Below are positions 24,995 through 38,571 of a DNA stretch of 64,000 bases, in pieces. The stretch covers positions 1 through 64,000 of the forward strand of contig JAAILG010000141.1 of NCBI GenBank assembly GCA_012026655.1, in the 5' to 3' direction. Position 1 is the first letter of the stretch; each line of letters begins with the position of its first letter. The stretch comes from Hydrolagus affinis. Lineage: Eukaryota. A program made the translations under genes and the position numbers. The notes beneath the pieces are model-generated. The model was given only the letters and a program-made list of their open reading frames with translations, was not told the origin of the DNA and made no database searches.

Positions 24995-25545
24995 AATCCT
25001 GCAGGTCCCCCCTTTAATAACCCTCCTTTCTAGCAATCTATTCTCTTTTAGAAATCTCCATAGCCCCTGTCTGAACTAGATTTTATGGCAGAGAATTCCA
25101 CATTTTCATCATTCTTTTCACCCACATATATTCACTTTACTGTATATTCTGTGAAGCGCTTTGAGATGTCTAGAAGGCATAAAAAGCACTATATCAAATG
25201 TAAGGATTATTAATATTATCCTCTCAAACAAATAAATATTCTTCTAACCCTCCTTTCAATTCCCCTTCAATTTTGTGATGGTTTTAAATATTGTGTCCTC
25301 CATTACCTTTTAGTGGGGAAATCTATTACTATTTACTCTATCTTAAGTCTGTTTAATTTTGAAAAGCTTTAACCTCTTCAGCTGAACTGAAAGCAGATAT
25401 CGCCATAAATAAAACCCTTTAAAGATTGACAATATCCTGGTGAATCTACATTGCACTTCTTCTATTGCTTTTTTTCATCCTTCCTGTAATGGGTGCCCAA
25501 AACTGTACAAAATCTCTAGGTTCAGTCAACCAAGGTTGGAAACAA
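24995..25545 (-). mobile_element. CR1 ORF2 3' fragment with nested SINE tail
   Basis: ggcagagaattccacattttc (reverse WNSLP) and gggtgcccaaaactgtacaaaatctctagg (reverse LEYCVQFWAP-like). Confidence 0.65.
25116..25219 (+). mobile_element. SINE 3' tail inserted in CR1
   Basis: tattctgtgaagcgctttgagatgtctagaaggcataaaaagcactatatcaaatgtaaggattatt. Confidence 0.8.
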
Positions 25546-26377
25546 ATTACCCCCATTGCTTTTTTATTATACCCACCAAAACATTTACAGAGATCTGAAA
25601 GAATCATTTTTTGAAGTTGAGGATGTGTTTTAATTTCACCCAGTAACTACTGCTCTGTTGGTCATTCGTGGTATTTGCAATGACCCCTTGTACAGGTGAA
25701 TTAACAACTCACATGGCTGAGAGAGAAAGCAATGAGATCCATTGGCATGACATTTAACAATCAGGAGAACTACCAAGGGATCTGAACTCTTACTCGCTGA
25801 AGGTAAGAACAGAACTAGTCAGGGTTAAATACTGTATACTGTTAAAGATCAACTGATGTGTTTTGAGAAGATCAGCTTCAATGCTCAGTTGGTAGATTGA
25901 ATCACCAAATGGACAAAAGCAGTGGAATCCTACACCAGATACTTTGCATAATTGTTGGCTGTGCGAAGAATGGGAAAGCAAGCTGATTCAGAGATCTGAA
26001 AGAATCTCTTTTTTTAAAACTTGAGGATGGAGTTACATAGGAGTGGGTGGAGCAGATTAAACCAAAGCATGCTGAGCTAGTAGAGCGAGTGTTTGCCCTG
26101 AACTACAAAGGGCTCAATTCTCAAATAATACTGTGTACACATTTCTTGAAAATCCTGCATTTCTGGTCATTATTTCAATTTTTACAGATTGACATGGTTG
26201 GGTAGAATGCTGTAGCACAATTGTAACCTGAAGCAAGACAAATTGGGGCCATGCTGGGTATGTGTGAATGCATGTTTTTTACTTGATTCAGCATTTTTCA
26301 CTCCATGTGTGTGTGTGCAAATAGGTGTGCAATGTGTTTGGCTGATCAGTCTAATACTAAATGGTGGTCAAATGGTG

Positions 26378-26465
26378 GTAGAAGATCAGCCATGATCTTA
26401 TTGAATGGCGGGGCAGGCTCTAGGGGCCAAATGGCCTACTACTGCTCCTAATTCTTATGTTCTTA
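26378..26465 (+). mobile_element. CR1 (HER1-like) 3' terminus
   Basis: gatcagccatgatcttattgaatggcggggcaggctctaggggccaaatggcctactactgctcctaattcttatgttctta, a typical chondrichthyan CR1 tail. Confidence 0.8.
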
Positions 26466-29400
26466 AATGAATATAAGTACATTTGCACAGTGGTACAATG
26501 ACAAAGTGCAGTTTTGTTTCCTGGCAGCCTTGGGTAATTTTGGGGATGGGAAAGGAGCCTTTAGTGTTGCATATTCTCAGTGACCCTCAGGAAGCCAACT
26601 CCTTTCCTCAAATTAATGGCCAATACCTACCATCTGCCATCATTTGGCTTTTGTGGATTATTTTGTCGAGGGTTGGTTTTGAAGCAGAATTTATAATTGA
26701 ACATAAACCTCACTAAATGGACTCCATGTGTTTTATTTCTTGATCAATTGCAGATCTACCAATAAGTACTGGTATTTCTGGGCTACTTAAAGTGCTCCAG
26801 AAATATTCCAATACTTTGGGGGTAGTGCGTATCCATTCTATCACTTTTGCTTGGTGATCTTATATGTAAAATATCACGAGTCACCACCTGAGGTTTGAAC
26901 TATATGAATTGCTTGCATGTGCTCTATTAATGTAATTGATGCAGATTTTATAATGCCTGGTGAGGTGTTAGAATTCAGGCTCTCACACAATACAGTAGGG
27001 TAGTGTTGTCTTTCAATTAACCCTTTTGAAAGGAAATCTGTTACTATATTAAATTGAGTCTCTGCTACATCACCAATCTCACTTCAGAAGGTGGAAAATG
27101 ATACCAGAATGTATTGGTTAAACTAAATGCATATACTGTATTTACCAGCATAGATAGGATTTTAAAACCAATGCCTAGCCAGTGAGAACCTGGTGCAATA
27201 TTCAGATAACTGAGCTCAATGAATTGCTCATAATCCTTTTCAGATTCTGTAAATGAAGTTTGTTGAATTCAGAAGTGCAGCATTGAAGTAGTATGTTTTT
27301 CAGCTGAAGCTCAGCTTAGATGGTTAGACTCAGCAGTTAGCGATTTCCTGCACCCGAGGGAGCTGGATAGTTCAGTGTCTCCTCTCGAATGCAGTGTCAA
27401 GATGAACTACCGGAAACCTTGTACAAGGACTGAAGAAATAAGTGCAGTCCCTTTTAGGTTGAAATGTTCTTTTGATCTTATGGTGCCTGGTTTTTGAAGA
27501 TAAGTAGTCCTCGTGCAACCTTAACATAATTGATTCCTGCAACTGAGGTTAGCCTGTGAGTAAGTATCCATCCAACGGATACAGAACTCAAATCTTCTTA
27601 GTTTATCAGAATTTATTAAAATGTAGTGGTGTACTGTAACTTTTTATATATTCTGTGTACTTGACCTGAAGATAATTCACACATCTTATTGATTAAAGGA
27701 AACCTGGATTTGAGAACTTGAGAATAAAAGCAACCAGTATTGTCATGGCAGTCTCTTTATGTTTTCTGAAGTGTCTGCAAGGTTGAGTGAGATTATTTTA
27801 TATAACAGGTACCATCTATTTTGTGAAGAATTAGTAAAACTCACACTGAACTTGTTGTGTTGCACCTAATAAATGAGAAATGAACAATAATTAATTGAAC
27901 TAACTTCTTGAAATCTTCTTATCCTCCCATTGTTCACCTGCATACACACAGCTTATTAGCAGCAAGCATTTAAATATATGAAACTTAAGACAGTGGTGGA
28001 AAGTAAACCTGTTGGGCAACTTTGTGACAATCCCTTCTCAAACATGCACACCTTAAATGTTTTCTCCTCTGGCATCCTGCAGATTGTCATCTTCCAAGAT
28101 AATGATAGCTAGCTTTCTGTTCATAAGCCTCAACTCACTCCAGTTCAGCAGAGCATGGTGACAATCACACCTGATATCACATAATGAAGGCTCTCACATC
28201 CTCTTCAATCCACCAGGGGTTTAGTTATTTAAAAATATTTATACACCGGAGAACAAATGAACATATCAGTCATAAAGCTGCATCAATCATTAGTACTACC
28301 TCACCCAACACCATGCCCTGTGGCTATCCAGAATATATAATTGGGGAAAAAAACCTGCGCTCAGAAGTGTAAAATGTTCATTACTTTAAACAAAATACAG
28401 TACTTTACTCCTAAATGATCAGATTGTATATATTGTACAATACATTGAGTTAGGATAGACTTTCAGCAGGATAAGATTCCAACCTAAATATTTTGTGTTA
28501 CAGGTTGCAATTTGGTGCAAATGTTCATACTGATACTTGAAGCTCCATCTTTTCTTCAATGAAAATTGTTCTTTATACCTCATATTTTGAATTCACAAAA
28601 TCACGAGATTCATTTGGATGGAGACAGCCCTTCAGAATTAAAAGAGTGGTTTCCAAGCAAATCGTCCCTAAATTGTTAATTTATCTGTGAAAAAGCACAA
28701 CTATTATCTTAGGCACAGGTTCACATTCTAATGCAGTCTCGTTTGAGATGATATGACTGAGAGCAATTCATCGGCTGTAGATATGAGCAGCAGCATTAAT
28801 ATATAACTCAAAAAACAGGCGAGAACGATGATTCCTGGGGGAAACATGACCTACACCAGACTAGATAAATAATTCTCAAATGAAACTAATTGAAAGTGCA
28901 GACTGTAACATGAGTTGAAGCAGTCTATTGTTTTAACATTAAATTAAAAGTAAAATGTGAAATAATTGGATCCTGTGAAGAGCAACATGTTTAGCATTAC
29001 CGCAGTCGGTAGGACAGCTGGAATTGGTCTCATGCATGTAAATGTTTAAGATTATATGGTATGAAGCAGTTTCCTCTCAAATGGTGTCATATTTCAGCAT
29101 TCTGTCTGTTATTTTAAGATAACTGCAATTCAAATATTTAATGCTGGATGGAGGAAGGTTCCAACATAAAATGTTCTGATTCACTGTATTAAATTAGAGC
29201 CAAATTGTGGCTTATCAGATGCAAATCCATGTGAGTCGGATACAGGCCAACCCCATTATAACACACCTTGGTAGAGTGTAGGATCACATAGCATTGGTCG
29301 ACTATGGACCAGATATCATAAGTGCAGCACATTTCTGGTACTGACTCACTGGCTTCCTGTCAGTAACTAAATGCCAAAGAAGGCCTTGCAGTGTGTTAAT

Positions 29401-30409
29401 AACCACTGGGCATGCTCACGGGAGTGGGTGTTCCAGTCATCAAGGAAGTGATGACAGCGTCAATCTGATGACCCAAATGTGCTGATCAGCAGCCGCATTA
29501 TATTCGAATTGGTCTCAATTGGTCTTTGCTTGGAAAAAATAGTGCTTGTCTTTATTATAACGTTTATGTTAGTATCTCAAGTTTGAAAAGGTTTGTTCGT
29601 GTGTAGTGAATGTTGAGAAGATAAATTAAGATAATAATAAATTAAGATGCATTAGTTTGATATGTAAAATTAGTCTATTGAGTAATATTTTCCAAATTGA
29701 TTTAAGATATGTACAATTATTTTCCAAAAGTTGTGACTCATGAGGCAGAATTGATTTCTGGTCCAGTGTGTAGACATGGATTACTGTGCGTTAGCAATAC
29801 ACTAATGATTGAAATGAAGAACTACTCATTCAGTTATTCTGACCATGCCCATCATGTTTTCATGACTGCATTCTACATTGAGTAAATGGTCTTTGCGCAG
29901 AGCATCAGAACTATTTCTAGACAGCCTCAGCACCCAGAAAGGAAGGAAAGCTCCTGCTCTTATGCAGTGACCCCTCTATTGCAGATGAAGACTGGATTTG
30001 CCTTGGCTGCTAAACTCACTGTGGTTAAATAACTTGCAGCCACTTACTGTTGAGACAGCCATGAACAAAGCCTCTTGGCAAAGACTGGTTCCTTGAAAGT
30101 GTGGCCCCAGTAGATTCAAAGAGGAGCAACACCTTCAGGAAGAGAAGGGAGAAGAAAAGAGTTTGCTGAAGGGGCTGGAAATTAATTTTAATCTCCTTTT
30201 TCCAGTGATTAACATATGCCCCTGTCAGGTCTATTAAAGACAATACATTGATTTTTTTTTAATGTAGGTTAATGACGATCTAGTGATTTGTATAAATACC
30301 TCTAGGGAAACACCATGATCACCTGCCCTATCTGAATTGCAGCTAATCTCTTTTTTGGGGAGACGCAGAAGGTTAAAATTCCACCCAGTCTCAGCCTGCA
30401 AGATCACTT

Positions 30410-30612
30410 TTTGTGGGTGAAATGCAGCAACCAATTGCACTGAGCAGTGTCCCACAAACAGTTGTGGATTCAAGTGACAATTTTTTATTGTTGAGGGTTT
30501 ATTATCAGGCGTGTAGTGGAAGGCAACTTGCCTGAGGTTTTGCCCTGCCGGGAATTGAACCCTAGTTTCTTGCTTGCGAGGCAAGTGCTCTAACCACTGA
30601 GCTGCAGGACTC
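30410..30612 (-). mobile_element. tRNA-derived SINE (family A), lacking 3' tail
   Basis: Minus strand gagtcctgcagctcagtggttagagcacttgcctcgcaagcaagaaactagggttcaattccc has Pol III A and B boxes. Body is shared with the 47608, 53808, 59830 and 63697 copies. Confidence 0.85.
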
Positions 30613-31205
30613 AACTGTTACCATATGTTATTATTGTTATTGTTCATGAAACTACAATTAACACCAACTAAATTAACATTTGGCACAATTGATAATAGAA
30701 TCCCTGTAACTGTATCCTAGCCATTGAAATGCTATTCTGTGATGCACATTCATTGTGTCAAGGCATTCAATGTAAGCTGAAAGCAAGGGGCTGCATGAAA
30801 GTACTAAATGGAAGTTGAGCCACAACATCCATGTGACTGCATTACTCAGACTACAGTTGATCGGTACGGTGCTTTGGCATTGCATCCCATTTTGTTCCCA
30901 AATAGCTGGATGGCCATGAAAAACCACAGCTGTGGTCCTTGTATCAAGAGAGCCGGAAAAAAAAGATTAGAGGGCTTCCAGGAAACCACATAAAGAACAC
31001 CTACAAGGAACACACCCATGTTTCCCAGGGCAGGAAATGCTGGAGTTGCTTTTCAGGTCACTACTTCTCAGGGGAAGGGAATGTTTGAACATTTTACACT
31101 TTTGATCTAGATTAAAGGGACTGTGTCACCATGTAACAACACTTCATTGGATATCTCTGCCCATCTGCAAATTCAGCGCATGGAATGAGCTTCATGCTGC
31201 AGATA

Positions 31206-31389
31206 TAAATAAAATAAATAATCTTTGCATTTGATCTAGCACCTTAACATGTCTTTGAGATGTCTCAAAGTGCTTCTCAAAATATAATGTAAAGCAAATT
31301 GACTGTATATTTTGTGGGCAAAACACAACAGGCAATTGAGCATAGCAGCGACCCACAAACAGTTGCGGATTGAACTGACCACTATTTTT
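31206..31389 (-). mobile_element. SINE family A, 3' portion
   Basis: ataatctttgcatttgatctagcacc...gactgtatattttgtggg...cccacaaacagttgcggattgaactgacc. Confidence 0.8.
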
Positions 31390-31429
31390 AAATATATATT
31401 ACTGTGGAGCAAGGTTACTTCTCTGAAGT

Positions 31430-31502
31430 AGTATGAAATAATGCTCTGAGACGCCGTCGGGCGTGGAGGGCGCTATATAAATCGAAGTTGTTGTTGTTGT
31501 TG
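31430..31502 (+). mobile_element. L2 3' terminus ((TTG)n tail)
   Basis: gctctgagacgccgtcgggcgtggagggcgctatataaatcgaagttgttgttgttg; same terminus type as the L2 at 42935. Confidence 0.75.
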
Positions 31503-34500
31503 AAATACAATTTATTTCATTTGCATTTGTGGTTGTATTGCTTTTAATCAGGCTGCATACAATACACATTTTGCACAGAACACGTGACTCGGACATTTGC
31601 TTTTTAATTATTTTATGTAAAGTCATGCAAGCGCATTATTCAAATATTGCCAAGCGTCCACTTGGATTGTGAACTTTGACTGGAACTGGTAGGAATAAGC
31701 TTGTTGCAACTCACACCTGCCATGTTTATGCAGTCTGGGTGTGAACCGCAGGACTCCTGAAACTATTTCTATCAGGTGTTGAACTCCTCCAGCACAATGG
31801 ACTGCCTGAGCCATGGTTCATGTTGTACTTTTAATGGCAAATGCCCAGATTTCACATTAAATATGTAGCATTATTGTACCACGATGGCAATTGCAATGCT
31901 CAGCATTTATTGGATTTGAGAATCTCTGCAAATTTTGAAGAAGACATAAACGGAGAGAAAAAAAACTTTGGAGTTTTCAGAACAGACCCTTAATGTGATA
32001 AGCAGGTTAGGCAGCTTTGTGGTAACACTTTCATTACACTTCAAAGTTCCCAAGTTCAACAGAGTGCATGCAGTGAAGAAATGGTTAACTGGTCAATGGC
32101 GAGACTGATTGTACTTTTCATAGAGGATGTCACACGCACCTGGCAGCAAACTTTTGTCGAAGGAGAATTTAAGTAGGACCTGTGAGGAGAATCTGCTGAC
32201 TCTAAGGGGAAAAGGAAGAATTGAACACCATCCTAGGAATGTGTGCTGGAAGGAGGCAGAGATTTCTTTTGTTTGTACATGTTGGAATTTCTCTGAACAG
32301 TTCTCTGCCCGATTTTTTTTGGAAAGTTCAATTAAAAATCATGTTGCTGGATTTCATCTAACATTCCCCGCTCTGTAACTTATGCATTTCATACTTTTTT
32401 TTGTTTTATGGCTTGTAGCAACCAGTACATCAACATTTCTATATCGCCCAAGTAGTAAAGCAATAGTAAATTCACATATTGTTGCATGTGTATTGAGACC
32501 GAGAGAGCCAGTGCTATTTTTCCTAAAGCTAAGTTATGTACGTTTTATTATGCTGAGATGACATGATTAATGGCTACTGCACTTGGGCACAATATTTCAT
32601 AAAGCTTCCCTGTGTTTTGGGTGCTACCAGTCACCAAATAAAATTAACCTAATAAATATATTGCTAAGAGTAAGAAGAATTCTGTCCATTGGAAATGCTT
32701 TCTCAGCAGTGGAGTAAATTTGCCTTGCCAATGTGGGGTGTGAAAGCTTGCTGGTGTGTCACATAATTCTTTTTTCCCTATCATTTTTTTTCCCTTTGTG
32801 TGAACCAGTTTACCTTGTGCTAAATCTCAGTGTAACCTGAGGGAAAAGACAGGGCACCAATATTGCATATTTTCATAATCTTCAATACCATCTATCTGAT
32901 TTAAGATTGCATACTTTAAATAAAAACAACCTGAAATGTATGTTAGAGCAGAAATCACATATATGAGTCTATGTGTCTCTCATAAACTGCCTCACTTCCC
33001 CCTCCCCTCCACACACACAAATATATCAGACATTTTCTTTTGAGGGGAAGGTTCCATAAATTGTCTCCATTACTAATGTTACATATATAATTAATATATG
33101 TTCCTATATATTTCTTCACAATTCTTTATTTTAAATCCAGCTCGCGAGAATGATTTGGACATGAAATGAAATTTATCACTCAGATAGCTGCCAGTTGAAT
33201 TAAGTTCAGAGCGAATCATTTCCTGGTGCTGCTTGCTTTCACTACCAACCACAAGTCTCTCTTTTCTGCAGCAGTATTGCCCCTTCCTCCTGCCCTACTG
33301 ATAACATTTCTGTAGTTGTGCAGTATCCCAATTATAAGGAATTCTGTCAGAAGGAACGCATTCGAAAAGCTTCACTGTCCAATCATAAAGCTCACGGGCT
33401 GTGGTGAAGTGCAGTGTTCAGAAGTGATAAAAACCTAACAGTGTAATTCAGATGATGAGTGAGCTGCTATTTCCCAGAGGCCATAACTTGTTTATTGCAT
33501 CTGGCAGCAAATTAAGGATAGTAAAAAGAAATTAAACCCCAGGCAGCAAGCTACATTGTACTTCTGCCTGACTAGCTTCTGGAAATGTGAGTTGGATCTT
33601 TGATTTTAAATTAGGGATCCTAGAGTTGATAACCATAGAATAACTATGGCACAATAAAACAAGATTCTCCTCCAGTTTGTAAAAGCACCTTGGGTCATTC
33701 AAATTTAAAGGTTATTTTTCTTAGTTTGTTCCTCAGTGATGTGTAAAGGTTGATTATATTTATTCATTGATTTAATGATGTGATTTAAATCTCATGCCAA
33801 CATTTTCAGTTTTACACAAAAATAGCCAAGGCCGTTGTAATTCTTCCCTTGGTAATTTATAACAACTGTTATGGGATGTTCTGGTATGTTTGGTTTCATT
33901 AAAACTTAGAGGTGGTGAAATAATACAATTAAAACTAGGTTGCTCTCCAATCTTCTGAACTAGGGGAATGCAAACCGTGCGTAAAAGTCTGAGTGTTCTG
34001 ATGCTATAATTTGTCCGCTTCCCTTTTTCATTAGAAGTGATTCAAGAAAGCAGCATAAGGTTGAAATGATAAAATCTATTTGGGGAATTTTGATGCGTCA
34101 CCCTGTTAACCCTTGAACATAGCTTTTTTTTAAAATCCCAATTTATTTGTGTTTGCTCAAAATAAATCAAATGCAAGGATTATTATTATTATATGTAGGT
34201 ACTGAATACACTGATTTACTTGAGTACAAGGTAGGCTGCCATTGTTTACATGGACATTAAAATAAACTTGCTCCTTTTCAGTGCCTTATTGTAGCATGTT
34301 ACATTAATTACTGCCAACTGTAGTGACTGTAAACAACATTCAAAGATCGATGCATTTGTTAATTGAAGAAGCAACGTGCAGCGAAGTCACTGAAGGATCA
34401 TGTCTGGTCTGATTAGGATCCATGAGCGCGTTCTCTGAATCTGCCATTTCATTAAAAAAAACAAGAACATGTACATATCGGATTTGACACTATTATTAAT

Positions 34501-35559
34501 TGTTGCTTCCTGTATCAAAATGTCATAAGAATCAGGCACGGATTTAAAAATATACTACTACTGTTTTACTACTAATATTATATGGGTGCTTCATGGCATT
34601 TTACCTATAGTACAATTAGTGCTCAGCTCTGAACCACAAAGGAGTGAGTTTGGCTGTTGTTCAAGTTTGCAAGACTTCATTTGGGTCACTTGAAGGATGG
34701 CTTTTTTTTGTCTCCACAAAGAAGGGATGGTTGAAACACAGGCCTGAATTTCTCAGCTTGCATTGTACCTTGTGAACACAAAGTGGCATTTGCAACGGTC
34801 GAAAACCAGATTGCTACCTGAAAGATGCTGATTTCTTAACTCGAGGAGGACATGTTATGCCACAAGATCCTCAAGGGTAGTCTGAGGTATTAAAAGAAAA
34901 TCTAATTGCTGTTTATTGTCCAACTCTTACAACCACCAAAAAAGGATGCATTTCTTTACTTTTTGTTTATTTTGAAAAAGATGTATGTATTGGGACTGAC
35001 ACCTTGGCTATTATAAGTTCATTGCAACTGTGCATTGTTGCCATTTTTCAGCAGATAAATGCCTCTGGAAATGTCATTGCCTTTTTTCCCCCCTGTTTTG
35101 AGTTGACCTTTTGCATTTGCTGGCCTATTGTAGTGATATACTATTATTACAGCACTGTGTAGTTTGCAACCTTTTTACAGTATGAGGCTTACAGAGGAAT
35201 GTTGTAACATAAACCAAGACCAATACTGAATGACATTTCTTCACTTGTTGCGCCATTCCTTAAAGAACATATGTCAGTCAGCTATCCTAATATGGATGCA
35301 AATTTGTGGTTCTTGGCTGCACTCTTCTTGATAGTTATCATAATTTATCACAGCAGACACGTTGGTTTGAAAATACAATAGTTAAATGATTTGTTCATTG
35401 ATGTTGAATAGAAGTGTGGATTTCAAGCCTGAGGTTCATAATTATTGCAAAAGCGCTTTACATTTGGATTGGCAAGGACTTTACAAAAGAAAAGCTGAAA
35501 TAATTGCTGCTGTTTTAAAAAACAAAGTTGCTTTTTGCCAAATGTTTGTTTTTTCATTA

Positions 35560-35915
35560 TTGGAGATGGCGTGCTTCGGATGAGATGTTAAACCGAGGAT
35601 CTGTTTTCCTTTTCACATCCTCCCGACGTGAAAGGCATTCTATAAATATAATTTTCTTGTTGTTGGATATAAACGATCCCATGCTCTATTCGAAAAGAGA
35701 AGAGAGTTTCTCCCAATGTCCTGGCTAACAAATACCCCAAATAAAACTGATCATTCACTCCATGGGTGTTTGTGGATCATTGCTATGCACAAATTGGCTG
35801 CTACATTCACCCACAAAGTATACAGTCAATCCACTTTACAGAATATCTGTTGAAGTACTTTGAGTCATCGCAGTGTGATAAAATCTATATCAAATTCAAG
35901 AATTATTATTATTAT
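35560..35915 (+). mobile_element. Deu-domain SINE with a nested ~50-bp L2-type tail (35615-35663)
   Basis: ttcggatgagatgttaaaccgagg...ttca[acatcctcccgacgtgaaaggcattctataaatataattttcttgttgt]tggatataaacgatcccatg...tail ending aagaattattattatt. Confidence 0.75.
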
Positions 35916-36112
35916 TTACTCAATTTTTTTGGTGAAAATATTTCCTTCGACTCTAAAGATTAAAATCAATCAATTGCAAACTTTTCCAACTGCACAATTC
36001 AAACTAGCTTTCTTCTCTCTCCCTTTTATCCCTCCTTCAGCAATTAACAAATTCTTATCAGATGGAATATTTAACTCAATCTGCAATTTATCTGTTCTTT
36101 TATGAGGGAAGA

Positions 36113-36180
36113 GATGCTCTGAATGCTCTGAGACACCGTCCGGCATGGAGGGCGCTATATAAATCCAAGTTGTTGTTGTT
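36113..36180 (+). mobile_element. L2 3' terminus
   Basis: gctctgagacaccgtccggcatggagggcgctatataaatccaagttgttgttgtt. Confidence 0.75.
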
Positions 36181-36479
36181 AATGAATGTATTGACTGGAT
36201 GCATCAATACTTTTTGTTAAGAGCCTAATCCGCATATGTAGTGCTTCTACACAAAGAAAATACCTCTAGTTTTTAGTTTTTAATTTATACCTTATACGGT
36301 TGCTCCTCAAAATTAAAAAGCCTGCTCCTTCGCAATTTTAAAATCCTAGATCATGACACCCTTAATTTGTTTCAAAAGTGGGAACAATCTCCGTGAGCCT
36401 CTCCTCAATATTAGTGCTTGAAGGCTCTGATGCTCCTATTTGTCAATGTCCTTTTAAAAGTACGCTGCTCCATTCTGCA

Positions 36480-37350
36480 CACAATATTGCAAACGTAGTC
36501 TTACCAGTGATCCATATCAGGCTAAAACAACTTGTTTTGACTTGTGGTCAAATGCTTTCAAGATGCAGCCTGATATCTGATTAACTTTGCTGATGGCATC
36601 TTTCCATTCACTGGAAACGTTTCCTTTGCTATCACCTGAACTTAAGATATCTCTTCACTTGTGCCATTTCTTAGTTCTTGCCGCAAATGGACTACATTAC
36701 TTGTCTATTAAAATCCGTTTGCAACACATTTGCCGTCTGCACTTGTATACATTAAATATCAAGTCAGCAACCACTCCTTCATTAAACCTTCACACAATGT
36801 ATACATTGATCCACCATTTGGCTTCTGCTACAGTTTAGTATCAATTTTATGACTCTAGTCATTCAGGATAGTTGAATTTTTTTTTGAAAAAAGCTCCACA
36901 AGCAGCTTTTTCCTTGTGAACCTAATCCCTATTTATAACTGCCCTCTGTTTACCGTTGTCTAACCAATTTGTAATCCAATCTGTTACTTCTCTTTTAATT
37001 TCATAAGCTGCAAGTGTCTTGTGAGGTACTTTATCAATCACTTTTTAAAAGACAAGATCCATATAGCATTCACACGATTGCTAACAGCCACTAACTTAGT
37101 CTAAATATCATACACTTCTAAAAGAGTCCTGTAAATGCTTGAGTCATGATGCGATGTGTCTAAACCAGGCTGCATTTCATTTATCTCAGTTTGCTCTTAA
37201 TGGAAATCTTGTGATATCTGCAACTGCATTTTAGTGCCATCAATACTAAATCTACCTTTAAAATATGACTATTAATTCAGATCATTGTTGTGCCTAATAA
37301 TAATATTCTTGGCACATTCAATTCCCAGGAGATTGTGAACCTGCTTTTAT
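36480..37350 (-). mobile_element. CR1 reverse-transcriptase fragment, highly decayed
   Basis: Minus strand around 36930-37060 gives DKVPHK and VTDWITNWLDNGKQRAVIN, matching CR1 RT AFDKVPH...WIxNWLxxRKQRVVING. Outer limits are uncertain. Confidence 0.6.
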
Positions 37351-37449
37351 CATTTTACAAACTTATCAGATTTAAAATAGAGGTTTGACATAACCTAATT
37401 ACTTCTCATTATCTCCAAATGGAGTTCTGGAGGGGTGGTGGAGGAGGTT

Positions 37450-37790
37450 TGGCATTGCTGGACGTGTTGTCCTTTGGATGTGATGTTAAGCCAACGTCTT
37501 GATGACCTGTTCAGTTGTTTGTTAAAGATCCTATGTCACTGCTCAAAGAGAAGGAAGTTTATCCTACTGTCCTGAGCAACAAACCCAGATAGAATTGGTT
37601 ATTCATTTCATAGAGGTTTGTGGGACATTGTTTTGCAAATAAAAATTTAAATCCGTCTACAATTTTGCCCCCAAAATGTACAGTCAATCCACATTGCAGT
37701 GTATTCTATGATGCATTTTGAGATGTCTCAACAGTGTGATAAGGCGCAGTACGTAATAAGGCGCTATATCAAATAGAATGATTATTGTTA
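37450..37790 (+). mobile_element. Deu-domain SINE
   Basis: cctttggatgtgatgttaagcc...gttaaagatcctatg...tttgtgggacattg...gagatgtctc...aaggcgctatatcaaat. Local duplication of ataaggcgc in the tail. Confidence 0.75.
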
Positions 37791-38571
37791 CAATATATAC
37801 CTCCCATGTTGTTAGTTCTAATTGGTGTGTTGTTCCACACACTGAGGAGAAAGGAGGGCAAAGTATAACTGCAGGGATTCATACCTCCCACCAAAGAGAG
37901 AAACTTCTGCAATCTGATACAATGTAATGGCAATGGTGAATGACATGCGATCGAGTTAAGATAACTTTGCAGCAGACAGTCTTATCTCAAATTCTCTCTT
38001 CCGCAGTCATTTGATTGATCCCAACTTTGGTTGGGGTGGGGTAAATTGCTCTTAAGCCATGTGCTTTCATGTGTCGTACCCTGCCAAACCCAGTAAAGCA
38101 CAAAATCACATTTTTCAAGACAAAGTGAATTTTATTTGATAGCTAACTGTGTTGCATTTTTATGGAGAATACCATGTTGTAAAAGTAACCCCGCACATTC
38201 TCTCATTTTCAGTCCATTCTTAGACATTTGTTACAGGGCTGAGGGTCATTAATGGGTGATTAATGTTGCAGGCTGCAAGACAAAAAGGGTGCAAGCTTAG
38301 ATTACTAACTGCCTGCCCAGCAGCTGAAAAAAAAGTTACTTATAAGTGAAACCAGCTTTCTGAAAGAAGAATTCATTGCCCTGAAAACAAATTGGAAAAT
38401 CCCATAGAAAGATGAATTTCGCTGGCTGATTCATTGTTTTTGTGTTGCCAAACAATTTTAGATTTTTTCTAATTGCATTGATATTTGTTAGTGAATTGGG
38501 GGCAATTTGGGTTTTGCAAATCCTAAACTGACTGCACTTCTCAATCATACCCCAATATGGAACAAATTAAA

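Noticed and set aside
27267-27497. 76-codon open frame (..AEAQLRWLDSAVSDFLHPRELD..)
   Set aside because: No recognisable homology and no convincing donor before the stop. Length is within the chance range seen in the ORF track.
29448-29485. C/D-box snoRNA (GTGATGA...CTGA)
   Set aside because: Boxes span only about 40 nt and lack a terminal stem; too short for a snoRNA.
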